64,000 nt of DNA from a virus (IMGVR_UViG_2718218168_000001:34217-98216), one strand, 5' to 3'; positions 33,333 to 43,785 are shown, counted from the first letter of the stretch. Numbers and translations are program-made. Notes: generated from the letters alone by a model not told the origin.

Positions 33333-34142
33333 ATGCAAGAAGAGAAACAACACTACCTCTACGTTCTGGTGCCGGAGAATGGAGATACTTTTAAAATCGG
33401 CATTTCATGTGGTCCATTGGCACGGTTTAAAGGGCTACAAGTGAGTCCCGATTTTGCGCTTTCACGGGTCTATCGTGGTACGCGTTTGGCAATAGTTAAT
33501 CTTGAGCGGGCTTTACACGCAACCTTTTTCCCCTGGAATGCGCCGTGGGAGAAAAGCGCTGGTGGCGGGCATACTGAATGGTTTACACGAGAGTGTCTTG
33601 ATAAGGTTTTGGCTCATATCGAATATCTAAATGATATGTGGGGAGGGATTCTCGAGCGCATTAAGTCGAATGATTTACTTCAGCGTCCAGTAGATGCTGC
33701 CCGCTCTTTCGAAAAAGAGCTGGATGTTACTTCTATCGTGACTTTCAAAGATGACGCAGGAATGAGGGACGTGGCTTATGTCTCCATATCTGGCTATGAA
33801 CCGGACGCGATCCGCGCTCAATGTGAATTGCTGAAAGCAATGTTTATGCTTCGGACTAAATATTCCTGGGAGACAAGGCGGGTGTGCTTCCCTATGGAAG
33901 AGTTAACCGCCACCATTGATTCCCAGCTTTACCACGATAATCCAGAGAAGTTTTTTAGCCTTTTAGCCGGTAATGGGCTTAACTGTGTGTCCGGGCTGGG
34001 GCGAAGTAGAATCCAACATGCCTCGCTCTTCGGTCCCTTCTTTTACGATCGACACGGGTACTTTGAGGCTGAACTTCCGGCGCTTACGCGTGCTATAGAT
34101 ACTATCGATTTCGAACGATTATTCGCTGCTCTTAGCAAATAA
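33333..34142 (+). CDS. GIY-YIG/T5orf172-like domain protein
   Basis: 269 aa; N-terminal HYLYVLVPENGDTFKIGIS...RFKGL resembles the T5orf172 GIY-YIG-like domain. Confidence 0.5.
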   Translation: MQEEKQHYLYVLVPENGDTFKIGISCGPLARFKGLQVSPDFALSRVYRGTRLAIVNLERALHATFFPWNAPWEKSAGGGHTEWFTRECLDKVLAHIEYLNDMWGGILERIKSNDLLQRPVDAARSFEKELDVTSIVTFKDDAGMRDVAYVSISGYEPDAIRAQCELLKAMFMLRTKYSWETRRVCFPMEELTATIDSQLYHDNPEKFFSLLAGNGLNCVSGLGRSRIQHASLFGPFFYDRHGYFEAELPALTRAIDTIDFERLFAALSK

Positions 34143-34149
34143 CACTGAT

Positions 34150-34170
34150 GCCCCTGAACGGGGCTTTTTT
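34150..34170 (+). terminator. intrinsic terminator
   Basis: gcccctgaacggggc followed by tttttt. Confidence 0.55.
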
Positions 34171-34310
34171 GTGCCCTCCTTGTAACTCTCAATCGTGCAA
34201 AATGAACCAAACATGCAGAGAATGCTATGTACAAGCATCTGTGCATACATTATTATTTTATGCAGCATTTTTAATTAAATTCAAAAATACAGCATAAAGG
34301 ATGGCTTTCG

Positions 34311-35507
34311 ATGAGTGATTCCAGCCAGCTTCACAAGGTTGCTCAAAGAGCAAACAGAATGCTCAATGTTCTGACTGAACAAGTACAGTTGCAAAAGGAT
34401 GAGCTACACGCGAACGAGTTTTACCAGGTCTATGCGAAAGCGGCACTGGCAAAATTGCCTCTACTGACTCGAGCGAACGTTGACTATGCCGTGAGTGAAA
34501 TGGAAGAAAAGGGTTATGTTTTCGATAAACGCCCTGCTGGCTCTTCAATGAAATATGCGATGTCAATTCAGAACATCATTGACATATATGAACATCGCGG
34601 AGTGCCAAAATACCGGGATCGCTACAGCGAAGCGTATGTGATTTTCATCTCCAATCTTAAAGGCGGTGTGTCAAAAACTGTATCGACGGTTTCTCTGGCG
34701 CATGCAATGCGTGCTCACCCTCATCTTCTGATGGAAGATTTAAGGATTCTGGTTATTGACCTTGATCCGCAATCTTCAGCAACGATGTTTTTAAGCCATA
34801 AACACTCTATTGGTATCGTAAACGCAACATCTGCACAGGCTATGTTGCAGAATGTAAGCCGTGAAGAGCTGTTAGAGGAGTTTATTGTTCCTTCTGTTGT
34901 ACTTGGGGTTGACGTTATGCCTGCGTCGATTGACGATGCCTTTATTGCATCCGATTGGAGAGAGCTGTGCAATGAGCATCTACCGGGTCAGAACATCCAT
35001 GCTGTCCTGAAAGAAAATGTGATTGATAAGCTGAAGAGCGATTATGACTTTATCCTCGTTGATAGTGGTCCTCACCTTGACGCCTTCCTGAAAAATGCTT
35101 TGGCCTCGGCCAATATACTGTTTACACCTCTGCCGCCTGCAACGGTTGATTTCCACTCATCGCTTAAATACGTTGCCCGCCTTCCTGAGTTGGTGAAACT
35201 CATTTCGGATGAAGGCTGCGAGTGCCAGCTTGCGACTAACATTGGTTTTATGTCCAAGTTGAGTAACAAGGCAGACCATAAGTATTGCCATAGCCTGGCT
35301 AAAGAAGTGTTCGGTGGGGATATGCTTGATGTCGTCCTCCCTCGCCTTGACGGTTTTGAACGCTGCGGCGAGTCTTTTGACACTGTTATTTCAGCTAACC
35401 CGGCAACGTATGTTGGTAGTGCTGATGCATTGAAGAACGCGCGAATTGCCGCGGAAGATTTTGCTAAAGCAGTTTTTGACCGTATTGAATTTATCAGATC
35501 TAACTGA
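34311..35507 (+). CDS. parA: partition ATPase ParA
   Basis: 398 aa; Walker A KGGVSKT; N-terminal HTH extension typical of type Ia ParA. Confidence 0.9.
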   Translation: MSDSSQLHKVAQRANRMLNVLTEQVQLQKDELHANEFYQVYAKAALAKLPLLTRANVDYAVSEMEEKGYVFDKRPAGSSMKYAMSIQNIIDIYEHRGVPKYRDRYSEAYVIFISNLKGGVSKTVSTVSLAHAMRAHPHLLMEDLRILVIDLDPQSSATMFLSHKHSIGIVNATSAQAMLQNVSREELLEEFIVPSVVLGVDVMPASIDDAFIASDWRELCNEHLPGQNIHAVLKENVIDKLKSDYDFILVDSGPHLDAFLKNALASANILFTPLPPATVDFHSSLKYVARLPELVKLISDEGCECQLATNIGFMSKLSNKADHKYCHSLAKEVFGGDMLDVVLPRLDGFERCGESFDTVISANPATYVGSADALKNARIAAEDFAKAVFDRIEFIRSN

Positions 35508-35523
35508 GGAGTAAGAAACCCCC

Positions 35524-36525
35524 ATGTCAAAGAAAAACAGACCAACAATTGGGCGAACCCTTAATCCTTCAATATTAAGCGGATTTGATAGTTCTTCAGC
35601 CTCTGGCGATCGAGTCGAGCAGGTATTCAAGTTATCAACTGGTCGCCAGGCCACATTTATTGAAGAGGTAATACCTCCGAACCAGGTAGAAAGCGATACC
35701 TTTGTTGATCAGCATAACAACGGGCGTGACCAGGCATCTCTTACGCCAAAATCATTAAAAAGTATCCGAAGCACTATTAAGCATCAGCAATTTTACCCTG
35801 CAATAGGTGTTAGACGGGCTACAGGGAAAATTGAAATTTTGGATGGTTCCCGGCGTCGAGCTTCTGCCATCTTAGAGAACGTAGGGTTGCGGGTTTTAGT
35901 CACGGACCAGGAGATCAGCGTTCAGGAAGCGCAAAATTTAGCGAAAGACGTTCAGACAGCATTGCAGCACAGCATTCGAGAAATAGGTCTGCGTTTGATG
36001 CGAATGAAAAATGATGGGATGAGTCAGAAGGATATTGCAGCCAAAGAAGGGCTGTCTCAGGCGAAGGTCACGCGTGCTCTCCAGGCAGCGAGTGCTCCGG
36101 AAGAATTAGTCGCCCTTTTCCCTGTGCAGTCGGAATTAACCTTTTCGGACTACAAAACGCTTTGTGCTGTTGGCGACGAAATGGGGAACAAGAATTTAGA
36201 GTTTGATCAGCTTATTCAAAACATATCCCCGGAAATAAACGACATCTTATCCATTGAAGAAATGGCCGAAGATGAAGTTAAAAATAAAATCCTGCGCTTG
36301 ATAACAAAGGAAGCCTCACTACTCACGGATAAAGGTTCTAAAGATAAGTCCGTAGTTACTGAATTATGGAAATTTGAGGACAAGGATCGCTTTGCAAGGA
36401 AGCGCGTGAAAGGCCGTGCATTTTCTTATGAGTTTAATCGACTTTCAAAAGAGCTACAGGAAGAACTCGACAGGATGATTGGGCATATCCTTAGAAAGAG
36501 CCTCGATAAAAAGCCGAAGCCTTAA
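35524..36525 (+). CDS. parB: partition protein ParB
   Basis: 333 aa; ParB/Spo0J-like central domain, downstream of parA, followed by parS. Confidence 0.9.
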   Translation: MSKKNRPTIGRTLNPSILSGFDSSSASGDRVEQVFKLSTGRQATFIEEVIPPNQVESDTFVDQHNNGRDQASLTPKSLKSIRSTIKHQQFYPAIGVRRATGKIEILDGSRRRASAILENVGLRVLVTDQEISVQEAQNLAKDVQTALQHSIREIGLRLMRMKNDGMSQKDIAAKEGLSQAKVTRALQAASAPEELVALFPVQSELTFSDYKTLCAVGDEMGNKNLEFDQLIQNISPEINDILSIEEMAEDEVKNKILRLITKEASLLTDKGSKDKSVVTELWKFEDKDRFARKRVKGRAFSYEFNRLSKELQEELDRMIGHILRKSLDKKPKP

Positions 36526-36528
36526 ACT

Positions 36529-36615
36529 TTCGCCATTCAAATTTCACTATTAACCTACTGTTTTTAAAGTAAATCCATCTAAAATTTCAAGGTGAAATCG
36601 CCACGATTTCACCTT
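36529..36615. other. parS centromere: ParB box A/B motifs flanking an AT-rich bend site
   Basis: tcgccattcaaatttcac ... aaatttcaaggtgaaatcgccacgatttcacc, matching the P1 parS arrangement as recalled. Confidence 0.75.
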
Positions 36616-36750
36616 GGATTTTACCTTCCGCCCCTACTCCCGAAAAAAATAAAAAAATTGCTTGTCACGAGAAAGTCAACAAGTGACTTTCAATAAAATC
36701 TCTTCCGAAAAGGGATTCACACAAGTGCCTTGTGTTTAAGGAAGAGTAAA

Positions 36751-38457
36751 TTGAGTAACTTACGCGAATACCAGAATCGTATTGCAGATATCGCAAAACG
36801 CTCTAAAGCTGTGCTTGGCTGGGCAAGCACTGCGCAGTTCGGTACTGATAACCAATTCATTAAAGATGATGCCGCGCGTGCCGCATCTATCCTTGAAGCT
36901 GCACGTAAAGACCCGGTTTTTGCGGGTATCTCTGATAATGCCACCGCTCAAATCGCTACAGCGTGGGCAAGTGCACTGGCTGACTACGCCGCAGCACATA
37001 AATCTATGCCGCGTCCGGAAATTCTGGCCTCCTGCCACCAGACGCTGGAAAACTGCCTGATTGAGTCCACCCGCAATAGCATGGATGCCACTAATAAAGC
37101 GATGCTGGAATCCGTCGCAGCAGAGATGATGAGCGTTTCTGACGGTGTTATGCGTCTGCCTTTATTCCTCGCGATGATCCTGCCTGTTCAGTTGGGGGCA
37201 GCTACCGCTGATGCGTGTACCTTCATTCCGGTTACGCGTGACCAGTCCGACATCTATGAAGTCTTTAACGTGGCAGGTTCCTCTTTTGGTTCTTATGCTG
37301 CTGGTGATGTTCTGGACATGCAATCCGTCGGTGTGTACAGCCAGTTACGTCGCCGCTATGTGCTGGTGGCAAGCTCCGATGGCACCAGCAAAACCGCAAC
37401 CTTCAAGATGGAAGACTTCGAAGGCCAGAATGTACCAATCCGAAAAGGTCGCACTAACATCTACGTTAACCGTATTAAGTCTGTTGTTGATAACGGTTCC
37501 GGCAGCCTACTTCACTCGTTTACTAATGCTGCTGGTGAGCAAATCACTGTTACCTGCTCTCTGAACTACAACATTGGTCAGATTGCCCTGTCGTTCTCCA
37601 AAGCGCCGGATAAAGGCACTGAGATCGCAATTGAGACGGAAATCAATATTGAAGCCGCTCCTGAGCTGATCCCGCTGATCAACCACGAAATGAAGAAATA
37701 CACCCTGTTCCCAAGCCAGTTCGTTATCGCGGCTGAGCACACGGTACAGGCGGCGTATGAAGCACAGCGTGAATTTGGTCTGGACCTGGGTTCCCTACAG
37801 TTCCGCACCCTGAAGGAATACCTGTCTCATGAACAGGATATGCTGCGTCTTCGCATCATGATCTGGCGTACTCTTGCGACCGACACCTTTGACATCGCTC
37901 TGCCGGTTAACCAGTCCTTTGATGTATGGGCAACCATCATTCGTGGCAAATTCCAGACTGTATATCGCGACATTATTGAGCGCGTTAAATCTTCTGGTGC
38001 GATGGGGATGTTTGCTGGTGCTGATGCAGCATCTTTCTTCAAACAGTTGCCGAAGGATTTCTTCCAGCCAGCCGAAGACTATATCCAGACTCCGTATGTT
38101 CACTTCATCGGTACCCTGTTCGGTAACGTGAAAGTGTACGAAGTACCTGCTGGTATTTGTAAGAACTTAACGACAGAGAACATTCAGTTCAGCTCGATGG
38201 ATGTGCTGTGCTACGTCCGTGATGAAAATCCGGGTAAAGCAGGCTTCGTGACTGGTGATGCTGTCCCGGCCATCCCGTTCCAGCATCCGACCACTCCGGC
38301 GCTGGTCAACCGTACCACGCTGTGGGGTTCGGCTATCAACGATATGCACCCACGCAACGGCGCTGATTACTTCACTCGTGTAACGCTGACAATGGCCAAA
38401 AAAGGCGGGCTTAACTTCATAAGCGGCGACACGATTGATGCCGGTGACTCTGAGTAA
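36751..38457 (+). CDS. phage structural protein, probable TTG start
   Basis: ORF track starts at 36730; likely start TTG at 36751 preceded by aaggaagag; about 568 aa, upstream of the sheath gene. Confidence 0.5.
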   Translation: MSNLREYQNRIADIAKRSKAVLGWASTAQFGTDNQFIKDDAARAASILEAARKDPVFAGISDNATAQIATAWASALADYAAAHKSMPRPEILASCHQTLENCLIESTRNSMDATNKAMLESVAAEMMSVSDGVMRLPLFLAMILPVQLGAATADACTFIPVTRDQSDIYEVFNVAGSSFGSYAAGDVLDMQSVGVYSQLRRRYVLVASSDGTSKTATFKMEDFEGQNVPIRKGRTNIYVNRIKSVVDNGSGSLLHSFTNAAGEQITVTCSLNYNIGQIALSFSKAPDKGTEIAIETEINIEAAPELIPLINHEMKKYTLFPSQFVIAAEHTVQAAYEAQREFGLDLGSLQFRTLKEYLSHEQDMLRLRIMIWRTLATDTFDIALPVNQSFDVWATIIRGKFQTVYRDIIERVKSSGAMGMFAGADAASFFKQLPKDFFQPAEDYIQTPYVHFIGTLFGNVKVYEVPAGICKNLTTENIQFSSMDVLCYVRDENPGKAGFVTGDAVPAIPFQHPTTPALVNRTTLWGSAINDMHPRNGADYFTRVTLTMAKKGGLNFISGDTIDAGDSE

Positions 38458-38517
38458 TCAGGGGAAGTTCTCCGTTTAACATAGCGCCCCCGTGCGGGGC
38501 GCATAACAGGGAAAGTT

Positions 38518-40107
38518 ATGTCTCAATATTCAATTCAACAGTCATTAGGTAATGCATCCGGCGTCGCGGTTAGCCCGATCAATGCCGATGCGACGTTATC
38601 TACCGGTGTTGCATTAAATAGCAGCTTGTGGGCTGGTATTGGCGTATTTGCGCGTGGCAAGCCGTTTACTGTTCTTGCGGTTACTGAGTCCAATTACGAA
38701 GATGTTCTCGGCGAACCGCTGAAGCCGTCTTCCGGCCCACAGTTCGAACCAATTCGCCATGTATACGAAGCTATTCAGCAAACGTCTGGTTATGTTGTTC
38801 GCGCTGTTCCGGATGATGCGAAGTTCCCGATTATTATGTTCGATGAATCAGGCGAACCGGCTTACAGTGCGTTGCCATACGGTTCTGAAATTGAACTTGA
38901 TAGTGGCGAAGCCTTTGCTATCTACGTTGATGATGGTGATCCGTGTATTTCACCTACCCGTGAGTTAACCATCGAAACGGCAACAGCGGACAGCGCGGGT
39001 AATGAACGCTTCCTCTTAAAACTGACCCAGACGACTTCGCTCGGTGTGGTAACGACCCTGGAGACACACACTGTGTCTTTGGCGGAAGAAGCGAAAGATG
39101 ACATGGGCCGCTTGTGTTATCTGCCTACGGCTCTGGAAGCCCGTTCTAAATATCTGCGCGCGGTTGTTAATGAAGAGCTGATTTCGACGGCGAAAGTAAC
39201 AAACAAAAAATCGTTGGCGTTCACTGGCGGTACCAACGGCGATCAGTCGAAAATCTCCACCGAAGCCTACCTGCGTGCGGTTAAGGTGCTGAACAATGCG
39301 CCGTACATGTACACCGCTGTTCTCGGCCTGGGTTGCTATGACAATGCGGCGATCACCGCGTTAGGTAATATCTGTTCTGATCGCCTGATTGATGGCTTCT
39401 TTGATGTCAAACCGACATTGACGTACACGGAAGCGATCTCTGCTGTTGAAGATACCGGTTTACTTGGTACCGATTATGTAAGCTGTGCTGTCTATCACTT
39501 CCCGTTCTCCTGCAAAGACAAATGGACCCAATCCCGTGTTGTCTTCGGTCTGTCTGGCGCGGCGTATGCGGCGAAAGCTCGTGGCGTTAAGAAAAACTCC
39601 GATGTCGGCGGTTGGCATTACTCACCGGCTGGTGAAGAACGTGCCGTCATTGCTCGTGCATCACTTCAGCCGCTGTATCCTGAAGACACCCCGGACGAAG
39701 AAGCTATGGTCAAGGGCCGACTCAATAAAGTATCTGTAGGTACTTCGGGCCAGATGATCATCGATGATGCTTTAACTTGCTGCACGCAGGATAACTATCT
39801 GCACTTCCAGCACGTCCCATCCCTGATGAATGCAATCAGCCGTTTCTTTGTCCAGTTAGCCCGACAGATGAAGCATAGCCCGGACGGTATTACTGCGGTT
39901 GGCCTGACTAAAGGGATGACCAAACTTTTAGATCGCTTTGTCGCCTCCGGCGCTCTGGTGGCTCCTCGTGATCCTGATGCTGACGGTACAGAACCGTATG
40001 TGCTGAAAGTTACGCAGGCGGAATTCGATAAATGGGAAGTAGTCTGGGCCTGCTGCCCGACTGGCGTAGCCCGTCGTATCCAGGGCGTACCGCTGCTTAT
40101 TAAGTAA
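38518..40107 (+). CDS. contractile tail sheath protein
   Basis: 529 aa; size, composition and neighbouring tube-like genes. Confidence 0.6.
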   Translation: MSQYSIQQSLGNASGVAVSPINADATLSTGVALNSSLWAGIGVFARGKPFTVLAVTESNYEDVLGEPLKPSSGPQFEPIRHVYEAIQQTSGYVVRAVPDDAKFPIIMFDESGEPAYSALPYGSEIELDSGEAFAIYVDDGDPCISPTRELTIETATADSAGNERFLLKLTQTTSLGVVTTLETHTVSLAEEAKDDMGRLCYLPTALEARSKYLRAVVNEELISTAKVTNKKSLAFTGGTNGDQSKISTEAYLRAVKVLNNAPYMYTAVLGLGCYDNAAITALGNICSDRLIDGFFDVKPTLTYTEAISAVEDTGLLGTDYVSCAVYHFPFSCKDKWTQSRVVFGLSGAAYAAKARGVKKNSDVGGWHYSPAGEERAVIARASLQPLYPEDTPDEEAMVKGRLNKVSVGTSGQMIIDDALTCCTQDNYLHFQHVPSLMNAISRFFVQLARQMKHSPDGITAVGLTKGMTKLLDRFVASGALVAPRDPDADGTEPYVLKVTQAEFDKWEVVWACCPTGVARRIQGVPLLIK

Positions 40108-40116
40108 GGGAATACA

Positions 40117-40932
40117 ATGAGCAAAAACTTTTTTCAATCCGGGGCATTTTTGGGGAATGGACTGTCCCGTTTCGCTTTGAACTCTGATCCTGTGCAGCTG
40201 ATGGAGTCTGCCCGAGCAAGCGCACAACCGCCAGCAGATCCGATTATTAATAATAATCCGGAACCGGCGGCACAGATTAACGAGAACGTTCCACCTGACC
40301 AGGCTCCTGAGCAAATCCTGGAAGGGAAAGAAGGTAAAGAATGGACCGTTGAACAGGCGCACCAGATGATTCTGGAAGCTGCAAATCGAAGTGCTATGCA
40401 GAATGCGTTGAGTGATGCGGCCGACGCCGTTTTCGCCTGGGCTGATAGCGGTGATCTGACTTTCGACTCCCTTGATGGTTTCGTTCAGGCTATCGCGGGT
40501 ATCTCTGACGACGACGACACCGAAGTTACAGAAGAACAGGACGATGCCTATAACGAAGCATGGGCAAATGTTGCTGACTTCCTCGCAGCATGCGGTGTAG
40601 ATGATGACCTGATCGAAGCACTGGCCGACGATGAAGACGACGACGCAGCTGCTGATGTTGGTTCCGCTATCGCTGGTTTGGATAGCGACGACCGCGACGA
40701 ACTGGAAGCGGCGTTCGTTGTTGCTGGAACTTCTGATGAAATGCTGACTGAAGCATTTAAGAAGGTTGTTCGTAATGGTGAGATCAAACTCATCCGTAAA
40801 CGCCTGCGTAAAAAACGTCTGACTGCGGCTCAAAAATCGGCGCTGAAAAAAGCACGCCGTAAAGCCCAGACCGGCGCGGCAAAACTGGCCCGCAAAAAGT
40901 CAATGAAACTGCGCCGTAAGCGCCTCGGCTAA
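40117..40932 (+). CDS. acidic protein with basic C-terminal tail
   Basis: 271 aa; DDDDTEV/DDEDDD stretches then KRLRKKRL...RRKRLG. Confidence 0.5.
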   Translation: MSKNFFQSGAFLGNGLSRFALNSDPVQLMESARASAQPPADPIINNNPEPAAQINENVPPDQAPEQILEGKEGKEWTVEQAHQMILEAANRSAMQNALSDAADAVFAWADSGDLTFDSLDGFVQAIAGISDDDDTEVTEEQDDAYNEAWANVADFLAACGVDDDLIEALADDEDDDAAADVGSAIAGLDSDDRDELEAAFVVAGTSDEMLTEAFKKVVRNGEIKLIRKRLRKKRLTAAQKSALKKARRKAQTGAAKLARKKSMKLRRKRLG

Positions 40933-40967
40933 AGGAGGAGGCCGGAGAACTCCGGCCTTTAACTTGA

Positions 40968-41549
40968 ATGGCACCTATACCTTATGGGGTTTACAGCCAG
41001 GCTGACGGTGTATCGCCATTTCTGAAAGTTACTTTAACGAACTCTCAGTACCAGGTTACCGGATATATCAGCCAGGGGGCGGCAATGAACATGGCCCAGA
41101 ATTGGGAAGCACCTTTTACTGGTATGTCCATGGGTTCTGTTGCTGGTGCCTTCAGTGGTTTTGCGCAGGTTGGTACTGAAACAACGTCGGTGGCCCGTTG
41201 GAACAGCTTAATGGTTTGGGAGGGGGGAACACCGCCGACTTTCACGCTGCCAGTAACTTTCATCGCTTTGTTTGACCCATTCACGGAGGTTTCAGGAGCT
41301 ATCGCCGCATTGTCAGCGATGATTAGCCCGGAACTTAAAGATGCCAGTATTGGTGGTCGAATCCCGGAGCGTGTGACGCTAAACATTGGTCGCCGGATCA
41401 ACATCATTGATGTCGCTATCCAGGACATAAGTTTCGATCTCGATGCACCCAGGGACAGCAATGGGCATTTCCTGAAAAACACCGTCAACCTCCAGTTGAC
41501 CGGTTCTTCGATATATAACAGCTCCGATATTGTTCGGGCGTTCCAGTAA
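40968..41549 (+). CDS. putative tail tube or tail protein
   Basis: 193 aa, downstream of sheath. Confidence 0.45.
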   Translation: MAPIPYGVYSQADGVSPFLKVTLTNSQYQVTGYISQGAAMNMAQNWEAPFTGMSMGSVAGAFSGFAQVGTETTSVARWNSLMVWEGGTPPTFTLPVTFIALFDPFTEVSGAIAALSAMISPELKDASIGGRIPERVTLNIGRRINIIDVAIQDISFDLDAPRDSNGHFLKNTVNLQLTGSSIYNSSDIVRAFQ

Positions 41550-41560
41550 AAGGATTTTAT

Positions 41561-42070
41561 ATGGGGCACAATAACACTAAGGGAAACCGTAAATTTATTA
41601 AGGGCCGCTATACTGCCAACGCGGCCAAAGGCGAACGACTGGTATCTTCTGAATTCCAGCTCACTTTTGCAGGCCATGAAGATATCAGCGTACTGGTTCG
41701 CACGTCGCAAATTCCTGAAATGACCCGCGAGGATGTGGAGGACTATGGTCCGAATGGTGTGAAGTTCAACCAGCACGGTCCAATCCGTAACTCCGGGGAA
41801 ATCCAGGTCCAGTGCGTGGAGACTATCGAAGGCGATATTCTTCAGTTCATTAAAGATCGCATTGCGGCGAAGGACTATGTTGATATCACGATGGCTGCGA
41901 CCCCTGAATCCAAATCTTCCGGGGTTAACGCTGTGACAAAAGCTGCTACAACAATTGAAATGTTGGACTGCAAAATCTACAGTGATGCAATCGACTTTAG
42001 TACCGAAGATGTGACTGCCGCTGTGCGTCCGTCACTTCGTATCGTTTACAACTGGATTGAGTGGGATTAA
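41561..42070 (+). CDS. putative tail tube or tail protein
   Basis: 169 aa, followed by a terminator hairpin. Confidence 0.45.
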   Translation: MGHNNTKGNRKFIKGRYTANAAKGERLVSSEFQLTFAGHEDISVLVRTSQIPEMTREDVEDYGPNGVKFNQHGPIRNSGEIQVQCVETIEGDILQFIKDRIAAKDYVDITMAATPESKSSGVNAVTKAATTIEMLDCKIYSDAIDFSTEDVTAAVRPSLRIVYNWIEWD

Positions 42071-42153
42071 GAGTCACCCCTTGTATTTTAAAGCTCCTAC
42101 GGGAGCTTTTTTGTGCTTAAATTATGCCGGTATAGCGAAATTTTGAGCATATT

Positions 42154-42450
42154 ATGGAAATTGATTTTTCATACTCTCCTGAAACGATAGAACGAAGATT
42201 CGAAATAATTGGATGCAAAACTATTTCAGAGGAGCATTATTGGATTCTCTATGATGCCAATACATGGTTATGTGCCTTAGCAGAATGTCGGCCATCGTTA
42301 TGTGCAGGGGAGGGAGGACTTCGACATAAGGTGCTGGCTACACTTGAAGTGAACACGTTACGATATTGGTGTGTCGAAATACTTAGGGATAACAAAGAAT
42401 TACATTTATTATTGCTGAATAAGTGTGCGCCTCTGCGCAGGAAAGCATAA
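42154..42450 (+). CDS. hypothetical small Cys-containing protein (AT-rich cargo)
   Basis: 98 aa; AT-rich; convergent with the DUF3800-like operon. Confidence 0.4.
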   Translation: MEIDFSYSPETIERRFEIIGCKTISEEHYWILYDANTWLCALAECRPSLCAGEGGLRHKVLATLEVNTLRYWCVEILRDNKELHLLLLNKCAPLRRKA

Positions 42451-42578
42451 GAAAACCCAACCGCCATACTGGAATTATCAGAAGAATATGTGCGGAAAGT
42501 TATAGCTAGCTATTGAAAAGCTAAAGTAGATCGGTTAGATTTACCTTACTCATCTACCATGCGTAGAAAGAGCGATCG

Positions 42579-42618
42579 AACCCGATACATAGCAATATGT
42601 GTCGGGTTCAGCTTTTTT
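42579..42618. terminator. bidirectional intrinsic terminator
   Basis: aacccgatacatagcaatatgtgtcgggtt then cagctttttt. Confidence 0.5.
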
Positions 42619-43096
42619 ATGTCCCAAGTGCTCTTTTTCTGCTTTGTTTGAGTGTTCTGATTTTACTGTCATAGGTTACAACATAGGCTGTTTTGAGAAG
42701 CCAATAGTCTCTACGTGCGGATAGCACAACAACGTAGTTTTCACACTCGTTCCAGATTACCCACTCTTCAGTTGGTCCTCGTCTTTCAGACCAACATGAT
42801 ATATCGCAATGGTCATAATTCCTTATCATATGCGCGATCCAGCGGATCCGCTTACACCGTTCAAGATCAGGTATTCGTTCTTCTTCTATTTTTCCCTCTG
42901 ATACTAAATGCCAAAATCCGAACTCTTTCCCATCATATTCCGGTGAATAACGTAATCGAACAGGGAGACCCTTAAACGTTATATTAGAGATTAAAATATC
43001 TTCTCTAACAACATCATATACATCGTCTATATACTCTTGCCAACTTCCATTGAAGTACAATAAATCTGGCATTTGAAGCATCAGCGAGCCTCCCAC
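42617..43096 (-). CDS. hypothetical protein, partner of the DUF3800-like gene
   Basis: about 155-159 aa; start overlaps the stop of the upstream gene; AT-rich. Confidence 0.5.
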   Translation of the reverse strand: MGGSLMLQMPDLLYFNGSWQEYIDDVYDVVREDILISNITFKGLPVRLRYSPEYDGKEFGFWHLVSEGKIEEERIPDLERCKRIRWIAHMIRNYDHCDISCWSERRGPTEEWVIWNECENYVVVLSARRDYWLLKTAYVVTYDSKIRTLKQSRKRALGT

Positions 43097-43785
43097 ACGA
43101 AAATATTAAATTTACTTTCTGTTGGAAGAGTGCTTTTTAGTAACTCCCTGTTTGTATGTGATTTTATCCTGTTTATGACTTGGATTTTTCCCGCGTTGCT
43201 ATTCATTCCTCGATGAACGTAGCCTAACGCACCAATGAAAAGATCCGTTAGCTGCAATTGTTGCACTTCATGAGATCGTATATGTTGAATTCTGTTTATC
43301 GACTCATGATTGTAATCATAGCGATCATTGTGAAGAACTCCTCTTAATTTCTCAATTTTTTCAATACCTAAAGTATCTTTTATATCTAGGTAGATATTGT
43401 ATGTGTTGTTACTTTCTATTATGTTTTTTAAGACATAAAAAAACATCTTATAATAGAAAGTATTGTGATCTTGATGGAATCGAGCATGGTCCAGTTGCTC
43501 TTTATCAGGAACAACAACACCTCTAAAGCGCAATGCTGGGTTGCTGAAGAAGTAATCTACGACCTCTAAGTAAAATTCAACTTTGGACGCAGATACTTTA
43601 GTCCACTTGATTTCGAAATCAGGTTTTAAATTGTGTTTTAATTTTAATCCCTTGATGTCTCTAGCAATTTTTTTTGTGATAGTGCCAGGACACCAAAGCG
43701 CACCCAATACCATGACTTTATTATGATCATTTAGTAGGTGACAGGATTCATCGCAGAATACATTAAATGTTCTTCGGTTCAACAT
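43081..43785 (-). CDS. DUF3800-like protein
   Basis: 234 aa; N-terminal FNVFCDESCH resembles the DUF3800 signature; very AT-rich. Confidence 0.5.
   Translation of the reverse strand: MLNRRTFNVFCDESCHLLNDHNKVMVLGALWCPGTITKKIARDIKGLKLKHNLKPDFEIKWTKVSASKVEFYLEVVDYFFSNPALRFRGVVVPDKEQLDHARFHQDHNTFYYKMFFYVLKNIIESNNTYNIYLDIKDTLGIEKIEKLRGVLHNDRYDYNHESINRIQHIRSHEVQQLQLTDLFIGALGYVHRGMNSNAGKIQVINRIKSHTNRELLKSTLPTESKFNIFVWEAR

Noticed and set aside
40117-40932. Scaffold or internal head protein call for the acidic 271-aa protein
   Set aside because: The acidic body with basic tail is suggestive, but there is no adjacent portal, protease or capsid gene to support a head-module context.
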